Source: an uncultured Chloroflexia bacterium (GTDB taxonomy: Bacteria; Chloroflexota; Chloroflexia; Thermomicrobiales; UBA6265). Taken from it: a DNA stretch of 64,000 nucleotides. Position numbers and translations under genes: made by a program. The notes beneath the pieces were generated by a model. That model saw nothing but the letters and a program-made list of their open reading frames with translations. It was not told where the DNA came from and made no database searches. Positions 1 to 10,403 of the stretch are shown here, in pieces (positions within the stretch are counted from its first letter, which is position 1; every line of letters begins with the position of its first letter). The stretch lies in assembly GCA_963724295.1 (NCBI GenBank), contig CAVRUC010000013.1:32001-96000 (forward strand), read 5' to 3'.

Positions 1-879
1 CGGTTCAGTTCCCTTGGCGATCGGCACGCCGACCATGCTGCCCCACTCCGTCCAGGAGCCGTCGTAGTTGCGCACGTCGGGGTAGCCCAGCAGCTCACGC
101 AGCACGAACCAGGTGTGGCTCGAGCGCTCTCCTATCCGGCAGTAGGCAATCACATTCTTGTCCGGAGTAATGCCCTTGCCGCCGTAGATCTCTTTGAGCT
201 GCTCCGGGCTCTTGAAGGTGCCGTCCTCGTTGGCCGCGGTCGCCCAGGGGATGCTCTTGGCGCCCAGCACGTGGCCGCCTCGCTGCGCGCCCTCCTGCGC
301 GTAACCCGCCATGTGCAGCACCTCGCCCGTGTACTCGGGCACGGAGCGGACGTCGACCAGCGCTGGCGCGCCGGAGTTGACCTGCTTCAGCACATCGTCG
401 CGGTAGGCACGGATGCGCTCGTCCGGCTCCTGCGCCGTATACGTCGTTTCCGGGTAGGAGGGAACATCGCGCGACATGGGCCGACCCTCGGCCTCCCACT
501 TGGCACGACCGCCGTTCATCACCCGCGCGTCGCGATGCCCGAAATACTTGAATAGCCAGTAGGCGTAGGTGGCGTACCAGTTGTTGCGGTCGCCGTAGAA
601 CACGACGGTCGTGTCGTTGCCGATGCCGTTCTTGCCCAACAGCGCTTCGAAACCTGCCTTGTCGAGAAAATCGCGTTTCACCTGATCCTGCAGGTCGGTG
701 TGCCAGTCGAGGTTGATCGCGCCGGGGATATGCCCCATGTCGTAGAGGAGGACGTCCTCATCCGACTCGACGATGCGCACGTTCGGGTCGTCCAGATGCT
801 CGGCGACCCAGTCGGTCGAGACGAGCACCTCCGGGTGGGCGTATCCACTTTCGGCGAAGCGAGAATCGGTCGTGACCAT
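1..879 (-). CDS. Two-domain rhodanese / thiosulfate sulfurtransferase (SseA/CysA-like); 3' end runs off the window
   Basis: Manually translated (absent from the ORF track): MVTTDSRF...LVSTDWV...GHIPGA...DTTVVFYGD...MNGG...YCRIGERSS...[21 protein letters not shown] upstream of ATG 879. Confidence 0.93.
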   Translation of the reverse strand, partial: MVTTDSRFAESGYAHPEVLVSTDWVAEHLDDPNVRIVESDEDVLLYDMGHIPGAINLDWHTDLQDQVKRDFLDKAGFEALLGKNGIGNDTTVVFYGDRNNWYATYAYWLFKYFGHRDARVMNGGRAKWEAEGRPMSRDVPSYPETTYTAQEPDERIRAYRDDVLKQVNSGAPALVDVRSVPEYTGEVLHMAGYAQEGAQRGGHVLGAKSIPWATAANEDGTFKSPEQLKEIYGGKGITPDKNVIAYCRIGERSSHTWFVLRELLGYPDVRNYDGSWTEWGSMVGVPIAKGTEP

Positions 880-1002
880 AACTGCCTCCTGTCGACGATG
901 ATGCATCTTGACAACCGCCGCTCATTGGGCGAACACGGCGCATGCAAGCGGCGAGGATATTCTAAGGTTCTACATCAACAACCACAAGAACGGCTCGGGT
1001 CG

Positions 1003-1767
1003 TCAGCCTCGCGATCCCGCGACCCAGTTGGCGATGTTCTGCCAGAGCGTCTGGTACCCGTCCCACTCGACGAACGCGGGCGGCGCCCAATGCGGTCCGC
1101 AATCGGAGGCAAAGGCCACCGATCTTCCTTGCCCGAAATCCCACCCGGCGAGTAGCGGATCATCACCCGCCATCGCCACCGTTACCGCCTCCGGTCGCGC
1201 CGTCAGCCGGTTGTAGCCCAGGATCTCCGGCCAGATCGGGGGCAGTCCGGCAGCCAGGGGATGATCGGGCGCACAGACCGTCGGTGCGACCCCTTCCGGC
1301 CGTTCGACCCGATCGTCGACGGGGGAGAGCATCACCGGCAGCGACTCTTCGACCGCCGATCCGGCATAGCGGCCCTTCCCTTCGATACCCTGAAAGGTCA
1401 GGTAGCCACCGACCATGATCAGCCCACCGCCGGCGGCGACCCAGTCCCGCAGCAGCGTGAGCCGGTTCGGTGCGGAGCGTGAACGCTCAAAGGTATCCGG
1501 TGAAAGGAGCAGCGAGTTCGACCCGATATCGCTGAGGATCACCAGGCCGTACCCGTCCAACTCCGCCAGCGACGTCGGAAACGCCTCAGGGGCAAGATGA
1601 TTGGGAAGATGTTCGACCTCCCAGTCTCCGGCCTCCAACGCCGCTTGCAACCACTTGTGCCCTGTGCCGTAGGCTGTGGTCGTGAAGGTGTCGAACCCCT
1701 TCTGGTGGATCGTGTGCATGATCCACGATTCCCCGGCGATCAATGCCCGGCGTGGCCCCGCTGCCAT
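1003..1767 (-). CDS. Class I glutamine amidotransferase-like cytoplasmic protein (DUF1355 type)
   Basis: LIAGESW...H.KGFD.F, ILSDIGSN.LLL, GGGLIMVGGYLTFQG, SDCGPHW motifs; GGAGG RBS before ATG 1767. Confidence 0.8.
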   Translation of the reverse strand: MAAGPRRALIAGESWIMHTIHQKGFDTFTTTAYGTGHKWLQAALEAGDWEVEHLPNHLAPEAFPTSLAELDGYGLVILSDIGSNSLLLSPDTFERSRSAPNRLTLLRDWVAAGGGLIMVGGYLTFQGIEGKGRYAGSAVEESLPVMLSPVDDRVERPEGVAPTVCAPDHPLAAGLPPIWPEILGYNRLTARPEAVTVAMAGDDPLLAGWDFGQGRSVAFASDCGPHWAPPAFVEWDGYQTLWQNIANWVAGSRG

Positions 1768-1814
1768 TCGTCCTCCACACGTCTTGCGGCTCACCTGATA
1801 ATCAGGTAGCCGGT

Positions 1815-2204
1815 TCACGAACCAAGCCGGAGCAGCCTCAGGTTCGGCATCGGATAGTCTTTGACATTATTCGTGACGAGGGTCGAGTCCGTAACAACGG
1901 CCGTCGCCGCCATCAGGGCATCCGGAATCTGGAGCGCTCGGCCCTGGCGAGCCAGGTCGAAACGGAAGATGCCCGCCAGCACCGCCGCCTCCCGCGAGAT
2001 GTCCCAATACTCGAAATCCGCGATCCATCGCTCCCATCGCCCGCGTTGGGGAACTGGTACGCCAGCCAGGAACTCAGCCACCGATATGGCACAGACACCG
2101 AGGATTCCGCCAGAGGCGACCACCGCGTTCAGCGAGGTCAACACGTCTCCGAAGTTCTTCGACAGGTCAATGAGGACGGTGGTGTCGAGCAGCAGCCGAT
2201 CCAC
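1815..2204 (-). CDS. vapC: PIN-domain VapC-type toxin
   Basis: LLDTTVLID, AE, D.LMAATA, LVTNN.KD PIN acidic motifs; 129 aa; directly downstream of a small RHH-type gene. Confidence 0.88.
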   Translation of the reverse strand: MDRLLLDTTVLIDLSKNFGDVLTSLNAVVASGGILGVCAISVAEFLAGVPVPQRGRWERWIADFEYWDISREAAVLAGIFRFDLARQGRALQIPDALMAATAVVTDSTLVTNNVKDYPMPNLRLLRLGS

Positions 2205-2209
2205 GGCGC

Positions 2210-2494
2210 TCAGCTATTAGGCGTTGTCGAAACGCCCACGGAATCTCCTCGCCGTAGCGCCCGAACCCACTCAGCAGCAGCTTCCGGTGTTTCCCAACCC
2301 GGGATATCGACGTCGGCCAATGAGCCAGCCATCTCGGAGAGGCTCGTCTGTAGTCTTTGGCGCCGGAGTTTTTCCTCCACCGCCTCCTGAACAAATCGGC
2401 TTCGTCTGCGCGGCCCAACTTGGGCGTCGATTTCTTCAACTAATTCAGTTGGCATCACGATGTGCGCCCGCCGCTGTCTGGCATCAACAACCAT
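2210..2494 (-). CDS. Antitoxin, ribbon-helix-helix/CopG-like (VapB)
   Basis: RAHIVMP.ELVEEID...RSRFVQEAVEEKL pattern plus C-terminal W...EWVR.LR; 5 nt upstream of the PIN gene. Confidence 0.78.
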   Translation of the reverse strand: MVVDARQRRAHIVMPTELVEEIDAQVGPRRRSRFVQEAVEEKLRRQRLQTSLSEMAGSLADVDIPGWETPEAAAEWVRALRRGDSVGVSTTPNS

Positions 2495-2673
2495 CGGTGC
2501 TCTCTTCGTTTCCAACACTAGGCCTGAACGAATCAATCTCCTGAAACAGTTGGTTAGCAGTCACCATGTGTGCCCTTCGTCGTCAGGAAGATCCGTCTGG
2601 CACTTCCGCCTCCCGTCCGAGGAGCATAGCACACGGCTGTGTGACACAGCGTAATGGAACCCTGTTGGTTCCG

Positions 2674-3165
2674 CTACGCGACCTCCTGAATCTTGCCCGT
2701 CTTAACGTCGTAGATGAACCCGGTTACCGCCGTGTCTTTCGCGATCAGCGGCGAGGAGCGGATCAGCTCGACGTCGTCGCGCACGCTCTGCTCCAGGTCG
2801 TTGAAAGGCAGGAAGTCGATGTCGGAGGCGTCCGCACCCAACTGCTCCTGGCAGATGCCATAGAGGGTGGGATTGTCGAAGGTCAGCATGCCGCAATCGG
2901 TATGATGCACGACCAGCACTTCCTGAGTCCCCAGCAGGCGCTGGGAGATGACCAGTGAGCGCAGCGCATCGGCCGCGCGGCCACCCGCGTTGCGAATGAC
3001 GTGGGCATCGCCTTCTTCCAAGCCAAGCGCTTTGGCCGGGTCGAGTCGGGCATCCATACAGGCGACGACCGCAACCTTTCGCCCGGGCGGCATCGGCAGG
3101 TCACCCTTGGTGAATTCCGCGGCGTAGGCGTCGTTTGCAGCACGGACCTCGTCGAGCAGCGCCAT
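2674..3165 (-). CDS. Beta-class carbonic anhydrase (clade D)
   Basis: CMDAR, RNAGG and HTDCG zinc motifs, GFIYDVKTG. Confidence 0.93.
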   Translation of the reverse strand: MALLDEVRAANDAYAAEFTKGDLPMPPGRKVAVVACMDARLDPAKALGLEEGDAHVIRNAGGRAADALRSLVISQRLLGTQEVLVVHHTDCGMLTFDNPTLYGICQEQLGADASDIDFLPFNDLEQSVRDDVELIRSSPLIAKDTAVTGFIYDVKTGKIQEVA

Positions 3166-3372
3166 GCAAGTCTCCCTCTCGTTAGCTGATTCCCTATCCG
3201 CTATAAATTGATCCAGAACTGAAGAATAGCGCCCGATGGAAATCGATTCAACCCGTGACTGGATGACGGGCTGTTAGATCCACTAGCTGTTGAATACTCG
3301 AGCGAAGGCGACGATCGTCCACACGATCGTCCTTACGCGCCGACTACTTCTCGGTGTCGCTACCCCTCGCCT

Positions 3373-3412
3373 TACCGACTTCCCGACTCTCCGACTTTCC
3401 GACTCACCGACT
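3373..3412. repeat. Five tandem 8-mers NNCCGACT overlapping the M20 gene stop codon
   Basis: taccgact tcccgact ctccgact ttccgact caccgact. Confidence 0.85.
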
Positions 3413-4606
3413 TGCGTCCAGGTAGCGCAAAGCGACATTGGTCATCGACTCCATGCCGATCGCCAATGCGGCCTCGTCCAGGTCAAACCGCGGGTGGTGG
3501 TGACCCCAGACAAGCCCGCGCTCCGGGTTCTGGCTACCAACGAACCAGAACGCCCCCGGCACCGCTTCCAGGAAGTACGAGAAATCCTCGGCGCCCATCA
3601 TCAGCGGCGCCTCGCGCACGCCTTCCTCGCCGACCACCCTGGCCGCCTCCTCGCGCACCAGCTCCGTCATTTCCGGGTGGTTGACCGTCGCTGGGTAGCC
3701 CCGCGTGTAGGTGTAGTCGACGGCGCCGCCCATGGCCGTGGCGATGCCTCGAGCCAGCGTCCCGATCCGTTCCTCGAGCAGATCCCGATTCTTGGCGTTG
3801 AAGGTACGCACGGTTCCGCCCAGCTCCGCGGTATCGGGGATGACGTTGAACGCGAGCCCGGCTTGAAACGTGCCGACGGTGACGACCGCCTCTTCGGTCG
3901 GGTCGATCGCGCGCGCGACCAACGTCTGCAGCGCGGTCACGATCTGCGCTCCGATCACGATCGGGTCAATCGAATCCTGGGGCTTCGCTCCATGCCCGCC
4001 CTTGCCCCGGATGATCATGTGGAAGCGATCGGCCGCGGCCATCGCCGGACCCGACCGCAGCTCGATCACGCCGACCGGATTGTCCTGGTCGATATGCAAG
4101 CCGAACGCGGCGTCGACCTTGGGGTCCTCCAGAACGCCGGCGTCGATCATCGGCTTGGCGCCCCCCGGTGGCGACTCCTCCGCCGGCTGAAACAGCACCT
4201 TCACCGTGCCAGCGAACTCGTCGCGGCGGTCCATCAGCAGCCGTGCCACACCAAGCAGCATCGCCGTGTGCGCGTCGTGGCCGCAGGCGTGCATCACACC
4301 CGGCGTTTGCGACCGGTACTCGACGTCGTTTTCTTCGAGAATCGGCAGGGCATCCATGTCGGCACGCAGGAGAACGGTTTTCCCCTCGCCCGGCCTCCGT
4401 CCCCGGATAAGACCGGTCACGCCGGTCTGCGCGATGCCGGTGCGCACATCTTCGACACCCAGCGCGCGCAACCGGTCGGCCACGATGCTGGCCGTACGGA
4501 CTTCCTGAAACGCGAGCTCCGGGTGCTCGTGAAAATCGCGCCGGTCCGCCACCACACCGGGCATGATCTCGTCGATTTCGTCGCGCAACGCCGTCGCCTG
4601 AACCAC
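3404..4606 (-). CDS. M20D amidohydrolase (hippurate/IAA-amino acid hydrolase family)
   Basis: HEHPELAFQE, LRADMDALP, MHACGHDAH, FQPAEE, GGHG, AEDF, HH.RF motifs; GTG 4606 with GGAGG RBS. Confidence 0.92.
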   Translation of the reverse strand: MVQATALRDEIDEIMPGVVADRRDFHEHPELAFQEVRTASIVADRLRALGVEDVRTGIAQTGVTGLIRGRRPGEGKTVLLRADMDALPILEENDVEYRSQTPGVMHACGHDAHTAMLLGVARLLMDRRDEFAGTVKVLFQPAEESPPGGAKPMIDAGVLEDPKVDAAFGLHIDQDNPVGVIELRSGPAMAAADRFHMIIRGKGGHGAKPQDSIDPIVIGAQIVTALQTLVARAIDPTEEAVVTVGTFQAGLAFNVIPDTAELGGTVRTFNAKNRDLLEERIGTLARGIATAMGGAVDYTYTRGYPATVNHPEMTELVREEAARVVGEEGVREAPLMMGAEDFSYFLEAVPGAFWFVGSQNPERGLVWGHHHPRFDLDEAALAIGMESMTNVALRYLDASR

Positions 4607-4757
4607 CTGATCGTCCTCCCTGGAGCCGAATGCTGATTGACTATCCACGATAGCAGAGCCTCACGTTCCAGTACCGGGGAGCCGGCAAGGACGTCCCCAC
4701 GCGCCAGGATCGCGCCGCGTGTTAGCCTGCCGGGGAAGGGGGTGAAGGGAGCGACCT

Positions 4758-5060
4758 GTGACTGATAGCGAGAATGCCGAAGGAGGATCTCCGCCCGGGG
4801 TAACGGAAGCGGAGGCGACACGTCTGGCCTGGCAGGCGGTTGAGCTCGCCGGTGGCGCGCGGATGATCTACCGTAATCCGCGCCAGCCGTTCAGCCCGAA
4901 CGCGCGCAAGGTCTTCGACCTCGAGGGGCACCCGATCGAGGTCCGCTGGGGCGAGATCAGCTCCCCGGCGATCGTCACTGCCGTTGGCTACGTCTTCGAG
5001 ATCCACGACCAGGGAATCGAGCTGCTCATTCGCCCTCCCCGACCCCGGCCACCGCGGTAG
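4758..5060 (+). CDS. Hypothetical protein (100 aa)
   Basis: AAGGGAG RBS, GC3-biased codons, fills the gap between two minus-strand genes. Confidence 0.6.
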   Translation: MTDSENAEGGSPPGVTEAEATRLAWQAVELAGGARMIYRNPRQPFSPNARKVFDLEGHPIEVRWGEISSPAIVTAVGYVFEIHDQGIELLIRPPRPRPPR

Positions 5061-5089
5061 CTCGCTTTAGATCGGCAGCGGCGCACCGC

Positions 5090-5578
5090 TCACCGCGACT
5101 CCAGCAGCGCCTCGATGTCGTCAAGATGATTACGGCGGTGATCGGCCCGCTCGAGCTTCACCTGGTTCAGGCGGCGGATCTCCCCCACCAGCGTCGCCGG
5201 TGTCGCGGCCGCGGCCCGGTCGGCTGCTTCCGCCGCCTCCACAACCTCGGCGACGATCTCCCGGGGAGGAATTCTGCGCGTCAGGTGCGGCAGGGCCGCA
5301 TTGATCGTCTCGTAATCGTACGGTGAGGCAAAGACCCCTTCGGCCGCGAATCGCTCCAGGAGAACCGCCGCCCGCCGATCGTAGAACGCCAGATGAGCCA
5401 GTGCGTCGGCGATCGTCCAACCGTCCGGCAATTCGCGCCTCAGATCATCGTCACTCAGCCGCGCGACGAGCCGTCGTAGGCGCTCGAGCTGTTCCCGGTT
5501 CTGGGCGACATGATCTGAACTGGTGTCCAAGGCAGAATCCTCTCCCGGCGCCGTATGCCCCGTGTGCCGCTGCGACAT
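5090..5578 (-). CDS. DinB / mycothiol-dependent maleylpyruvate isomerase N-terminal family protein (alternative start TTG 5530)
   Basis: GWTIADALAHL...H...H DinB-like metal-binding pattern. Confidence 0.75.
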   Translation of the reverse strand: MSQRHTGHTAPGEDSALDTSSDHVAQNREQLERLRRLVARLSDDDLRRELPDGWTIADALAHLAFYDRRAAVLLERFAAEGVFASPYDYETINAALPHLTRRIPPREIVAEVVEAAEAADRAAAATPATLVGEIRRLNQVKLERADHRRNHLDDIEALLESR

Positions 5579-5580
5579 TG

Positions 5581-6942
5581 TCAAGGGCGGTTGCTCTCCC
5601 CAGGAACTGGCTCCTCCGTGGCGGCCGTTCGAGACAGCACATCGGCGCTCCACCCCGGTGCGCCATTCGTGGTCTCCGGCGCTACTGCGGGACCCCCGTC
5701 ACTGCTTGTTTCCGGAACTAATGGAGAGAATGCCGGCGGCGAGACCGAGCCACGCATCCACCGCCAGCCGGGCAACGCGGATAGCCCGGCCAGCTTTGCC
5801 TCCCGCCGCGCCTCGGTGTAATGGGACAGCATGACCTGGATGACGGCCGCAATCGGGATTGCCAGCAATGCCCCGGCGATCCCGGCAAACTCCGTCCCGA
5901 CGAGAATCGCGATGAAAACGGTCAGCGGCGTCAAGCCGACGGCGCCGCGCATGACGCGAGGCACCAGAACTGCGTTCTCCGTGAGCTGCAGCAGGACGAC
6001 AAATCCGATGACGAGGACCGCCTTTTCCCATCCCTGGGTCAGGGCGATGATAACCGCGGGGATCCCTCCTAACCACGGCCCCAGGATCGGAATGATTTCA
6101 GTAATCCCAGCCCACAGACCGAGGAGCGGCCAGAACTGAATGCCCATCACCGCGTAGCCGATGGTGGCGGTGACGCCGATGACCAGGCAGAGGGTCAACT
6201 GACCTCGAAGCCAGTCTCCGACCTTTTGTTCGACCTCGTCCCATATACGACTGACGCGGATGCGCGTCTCTGGAGCGGAGTCGAGCAGCATGATGCGTCG
6301 AATCCACGATTTCTCCATCAGGTAGTAGTAGGAGATGATGAGAACCGTCACCAGGCCGACGACCCCGCCGCCGAGTCCCGTGAGCAGACCCAGCGCGGCG
6401 CCCTGCGGCACACTGACCCCCTGAGCCTGACCAGGACTCTCGATGAAGGCGATCCCACGACCGAGCAGTTGCTGGCCGGGACCGGCGAGGAGCGCGTTTC
6501 CACTCTCCAGCCAGGCGGCGCGTAATTCGGCGAGCGATTGCGGCGCTTGCTCGCGGAACGCCGTGGCCTGCTCTCGGATCGCGGGAGAGAGGAGCATGAA
6601 CAGCACGGTGAACGCGCCGATGATTCCGATGTAGACAAGCAGGATCGCCAGCGGCCGCGGAAAGTGCCGTCGCGCCAGCGCATCAACTGGGGTCTGAATC
6701 ACAGTCGCGAACACCAGCGAGAGCAGGACCAGCACCAGCACGAACTGGATCTGGATCAGCACGTAGCCGACGACCAGAACCAGGAGCAGCGTAATAGGAG
6801 TCAGGCCGACGCGACGGTCGCTCGGGACGAGCTTCGCCGGCGGCTCGTCATTTGTCGGCGCGGTCGGGCGCGCTGGAGACAGCCGTTGTGGGTGAGCCGG
6901 ATCTCTCGCGTCGATGCTCACACCCTCAACCTTGCCTCTCAC
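5581..6942 (-). CDS. AI-2E (PerM) family transporter
   Basis: Multiple TM helices; WLRGQL, IPILGP, Q..EN..L.PRVM...VGL.P, GALLAIP motifs. Confidence 0.9.
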   Translation of the reverse strand: MRGKVEGVSIDARDPAHPQRLSPARPTAPTNDEPPAKLVPSDRRVGLTPITLLLVLVVGYVLIQIQFVLVLVLLSLVFATVIQTPVDALARRHFPRPLAILLVYIGIIGAFTVLFMLLSPAIREQATAFREQAPQSLAELRAAWLESGNALLAGPGQQLLGRGIAFIESPGQAQGVSVPQGAALGLLTGLGGGVVGLVTVLIISYYYLMEKSWIRRIMLLDSAPETRIRVSRIWDEVEQKVGDWLRGQLTLCLVIGVTATIGYAVMGIQFWPLLGLWAGITEIIPILGPWLGGIPAVIIALTQGWEKAVLVIGFVVLLQLTENAVLVPRVMRGAVGLTPLTVFIAILVGTEFAGIAGALLAIPIAAVIQVMLSHYTEARREAKLAGLSALPGWRWMRGSVSPPAFSPLVPETSSDGGPAVAPETTNGAPGWSADVLSRTAATEEPVPGESNRP

Positions 6943-6992
6943 CTTCTGCGCGGGTCGGTCCGGGACTGGCCACCAATGCGGCGAAGTGAGCG

Positions 6993-7328
6993 CTAGTAGA
7001 CCTCATGCTCGTCGGCGGAGCGGTCGATCTGCCAGTAACGCGCATCCAGCGGGTCGACACCGGCCCGTTGCATCTCCCGCGGCACGCTGTTCCAGACGGT
7101 CGGGAAGGAGAACAGCTCGCGGCCATCGACAACTACGCGTCGAGCCGTGCCAAAAGGCTTGTTGACGGCGAAGATCTCGCGCGGTGGCCGGGAGATCACT
7201 TCGGTCTGGAACCAGCCGTGCTCGGGACAACGCCCGGCGTGTAACTGCCAGAAGAGATCGGCCGTGACACCACCGATGTCCCGCACCAGGGTGTCTTCGA
7301 GCTCGCGGTCACAGATCGGGCAGCGCAT
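6993..7328 (-). CDS. Small putative zinc-binding protein (CPIC...CPEH)
   Basis: MRCPIC near the start and RCPEHGWF; coding-like composition. Confidence 0.65.
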   Translation of the reverse strand: MRCPICDRELEDTLVRDIGGVTADLFWQLHAGRCPEHGWFQTEVISRPPREIFAVNKPFGTARRVVVDGRELFSFPTVWNSVPREMQRAGVDPLDARYWQIDRSADEHEVY

Positions 7329-7616
7329 CGGCGTGCTGACGTTCACCCGGTCGCGGGGTGGAAATTTGCCGTCCATAGGTACGTGTTTCGCTCCGTGGCA
7401 GTGGGATGGGACGCGCGACGTTCCTGGAACGCGCATCCCGACAAGCGAGACGACTGACGGGAGTCTAGCACCGGCCCGTAGCCCGGACGACTACGATGGC
7501 GAGCAATTGGCGCGTCCATCAGCAGGTGGTACGATCCTGCGCCAGAACACGCCCCGGCGCCTGGTTCGGCGCGGTCAGACGACCCACACGGGCGCGGTGG
7601 TAGACAGAGGTGAGAC

Positions 7617-8072
7617 ATGAGCGAGCAGGAGCTTTTCAACGGTTTGATCGCGACCTATCGCGACCTCAACCTCAAGGTACGGCCGCTCCCCGATGAGCGC
7701 CTGACCCTCGGCGGAGCGGGGGGCTCGGTCCGCGACGTGGCCCTCACGATGCGCGATCACGAGCTGCGCTTCTCTCAGGCGCTGAAAGACCGCCTCAGCG
7801 GTGTCAGCCTCTCCGGCGCATTCGGTGACAAGGGCGAGACCATGCTGATCGAGATCCCCTCGCCCGATGATACGACCGTGGAGGTGATCTCCCAGTTCGG
7901 CACCGCGCGGGAGTCGACGCTTGCCATGTTGCGGGGCATGTCTCCGGAAATCTGGGATGACCGCGAGCACGGTCCGACGACGGTCCGGGAAGCGACCGAA
8001 GATTTGCTCGCCAGCGACGGCGTCCATCTCGAGAAGATCGTCAACCTGCTCGGGTCTCCGTCAGCGAACTGA
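7617..8072 (+). CDS. DinB-like family protein
   Basis: GAGG RBS; SVRDV..M..HE, R..TL..L, final H..KI helix pattern. Confidence 0.65.
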   Translation: MSEQELFNGLIATYRDLNLKVRPLPDERLTLGGAGGSVRDVALTMRDHELRFSQALKDRLSGVSLSGAFGDKGETMLIEIPSPDDTTVEVISQFGTARESTLAMLRGMSPEIWDDREHGPTTVREATEDLLASDGVHLEKIVNLLGSPSAN

Positions 8073-8131
8073 CGAGACCAATTGACCGCGCTCGACCCTG
8101 GCAGGTATCGATGCCTGCTGGGGTGGCGTCA

Positions 8132-9301
8132 TCAGCTGTCCTGACGTCCCGCCAGCGTGACCTCGAACTGAAGTTCTTCATTTCCGCGCCGCGCCGTGAC
8201 GGTGACGGTGTCTCCCGGTGACTGTGCGAACAGCGCTTCGGTGAAGGTCGTCTGGCCCTGGATAGGCTGGTCGCCAATGCCGAGGATGATGTCTCCCCGC
8301 CGGATTCCCGCCTGCTCCGCCGGACCTCCCTGGACGGTCGTCAGGACATAGGCGCCGTAGTCGACCGGGAGATCGTTCTGGGCGGCCAGGTCGGGCGAGA
8401 TCGGTTGATACTCAATCCCAATGTATGGATAGGAGACCTGCCCGTTCTCGATGATCTGGCTGGCGACATCGGCGACGTGGTTGGATGGAATGGCGAAGAA
8501 TAATCCCTGCACCGGTGTGACCCCTGATTGCGGTATGCCGAGCGTGTTGACACCGATCACCCGGCCCGCCAGGTCGAACAATGGGCCACCCGAGTTACCC
8601 GGGTTGATCGCCGCGTCGTGCTGGATGAGATCGGTGTAGATCCCCTCGCCAGCCATCCCCGCGCTAGTGGGAAAATCGCGGTTGAGCGCGCTGACGACAC
8701 CGCTGGTGACGGTTCCGGTGAACTCTCCGAGAGGAGAGCCGATAGCCAGCACCGGCTGCCCCTGTCGCAAGCTATCCGAATCGCCGAACGTGACCGTCGA
8801 CGGCGGTGGTCCATCCACACGCACGACAGCGAGGTCGCTCAACGGGTCGGCTCCGACCAGGGTGGCATCCCGCTTCTCGCCATCGGCGAGGATCACTTCA
8901 AACCCGGTGCCACCGCGGACGACGTGCTCATTCGTCACGATGTTGCCGGAGCCGTCGATGATGAACCCGGTGCCACGACCCGCTTCGACTTCGGTTTCGC
9001 CAAAGATCCCTTCGTTAAACCGCTGCTCGTTGATCACTGTGACGACAGCCGGTCTGACCCGCTCGACGATTTGCGAAGCATCGAAGGTGACGACATAGAT
9101 CTGGCCCGGGTCGCCCGCGCCAGAAGCGGGGCTGGCGACGACGACCGCGCCAACGTCCTCCAGGTTGACCGTGACCGGCACCGCGGTCGGGGTCGGTGGC
9201 GGGGTTGGCGCCGGCGCCGTATCCTGCACTGGCGCGCAGGCCGCCAGCACAACCAGTGCCGCAACCACTCCCGGAAGGAGCAGGAGCCGAGTCGTCTTCA
9301 C
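8132..9301 (-). CDS. HtrA/DegP-type S1C serine protease with PDZ domain, probable lipoprotein
   Basis: GTGFII, TNEHVV, DLAV, INPGNSGGPL catalytic motifs; PDZ (GPA..AGI..GD.I); lipobox LAAC. Confidence 0.93.
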   Translation of the reverse strand: MKTTRLLLLPGVVAALVVLAACAPVQDTAPAPTPPPTPTAVPVTVNLEDVGAVVVASPASGAGDPGQIYVVTFDASQIVERVRPAVVTVINEQRFNEGIFGETEVEAGRGTGFIIDGSGNIVTNEHVVRGGTGFEVILADGEKRDATLVGADPLSDLAVVRVDGPPPSTVTFGDSDSLRQGQPVLAIGSPLGEFTGTVTSGVVSALNRDFPTSAGMAGEGIYTDLIQHDAAINPGNSGGPLFDLAGRVIGVNTLGIPQSGVTPVQGLFFAIPSNHVADVASQIIENGQVSYPYIGIEYQPISPDLAAQNDLPVDYGAYVLTTVQGGPAEQAGIRRGDIILGIGDQPIQGQTTFTEALFAQSPGDTVTVTARRGNEELQFEVTLAGRQDS

Positions 9302-9464
9302 ACGTTTCTCCCTCGAACGGGTCTGCCGGTCGCCTGCGCGACGCACGCTGATAACCCCAATACGGATCTAGCCAAGCAATCCTCGCAAGAGCGGCGCGTT
9401 ATGACCGTCCGGAATACGCTTGCATCCGGAACCTCGGAGTCGGCGCTCGAGCGCGGGAGTTCCC

Positions 9465-10250
9465 ATGGCACCCGACCGATCGCAATTTTCGGGCCGCGAA
9501 CGCCTTTCTCCTCCAGTCGATGTCGATCCCGCCCGCGTGCACGATGACCATGCCAGCTGGCTGCAGCGCTCACGCGCCGCCTGGGACGCCCGCGCCGAGC
9601 GTTGGGACGCCCGCGCCGAGGTCAATGCCCTGGCGCCAGACCGCGCTGCTGAGCTCGATCGCATCTGGGATGCCCTGCGGCTAGGCCGGGATGCGCGCGT
9701 CCTCGATGTCGGCTGTGGCAGCGGCCAGTGGGCCATCGCGCTTGCCGAGCGCGGCGCGCGCGTGACGGCGATCGATCTCTCTCCCGAGATGATTCGCCTC
9801 GCTCGCGATCACGCCAGCGCACGCGGCCAGGACATCGAGTGGCGGACGGGCGATGTCACCCGGCTCGCCGATCCGCTGGCCGTCTTCGATGCGATCCATG
9901 CTCGCATGCTCCTCCAGTTCGTTCCGGACGTGCCTGGAACGCTGCGCGAGCTGCGGCGCGTCCTGAGACCCGGAGGCAGGCTGCTGGCGAGCGTGCCTGG
10001 AGCGCTCTCGCCGATCTACCGCGCCTCGTGGATGCGCCATCTCCCAGGCGGAGATCCCGGGAACAACTATCTGCTGCCCTGGGAACTGGAAAACCTGTTG
10101 CTGGAGTATGGCTGGCGCGTCATCGACGGCTGGGGCGAATGGGGTGACGACCTGTACGGCACGGCCAATGACGCGGCGCCGTCGCTGCGCCGCGCGGAAC
10201 GCGGCTTGCAGCAAGCGACCGCCACGACCTGGACCACAATTGCCGTCTGA
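9465..10250 (+). CDS. Class I SAM-dependent methyltransferase
   Basis: VLDVGCGSG, IDLSPEMI, RVLRPGG motifs. Confidence 0.9.
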   Translation: MAPDRSQFSGRERLSPPVDVDPARVHDDHASWLQRSRAAWDARAERWDARAEVNALAPDRAAELDRIWDALRLGRDARVLDVGCGSGQWAIALAERGARVTAIDLSPEMIRLARDHASARGQDIEWRTGDVTRLADPLAVFDAIHARMLLQFVPDVPGTLRELRRVLRPGGRLLASVPGALSPIYRASWMRHLPGGDPGNNYLLPWELENLLLEYGWRVIDGWGEWGDDLYGTANDAAPSLRRAERGLQQATATTWTTIAV

Positions 10251-10403
10251 TCCGCGGCTCGTCGTTCCTGCACGTCCGCTTCTCAGGCCACTACAATCGC
10301 CGCTATGTCCGGACTCATGCTTGCCCTTCCCACCAACCCGCCCCAACGCCTGAGGAGAACCGGCGACTGGACTCGGCGGGCGTTGCGGAAGGCTCCGCGG
10401 CTC

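Noticed and set aside
1815..2494. vapBC as a marker of a mobile island
   Set aside because: No integrase, transposase or flanking direct repeats seen; treated as an ordinary chromosomal TA module.
3290..4636. Long antisense ORFs (here and at 8528-9547, 11617-12714, 22343-23608, 27496-28797, 49291-50634, 60008-61177)
   Set aside because: Shadow ORFs opposite well-supported genes, expected at high GC; no motifs.
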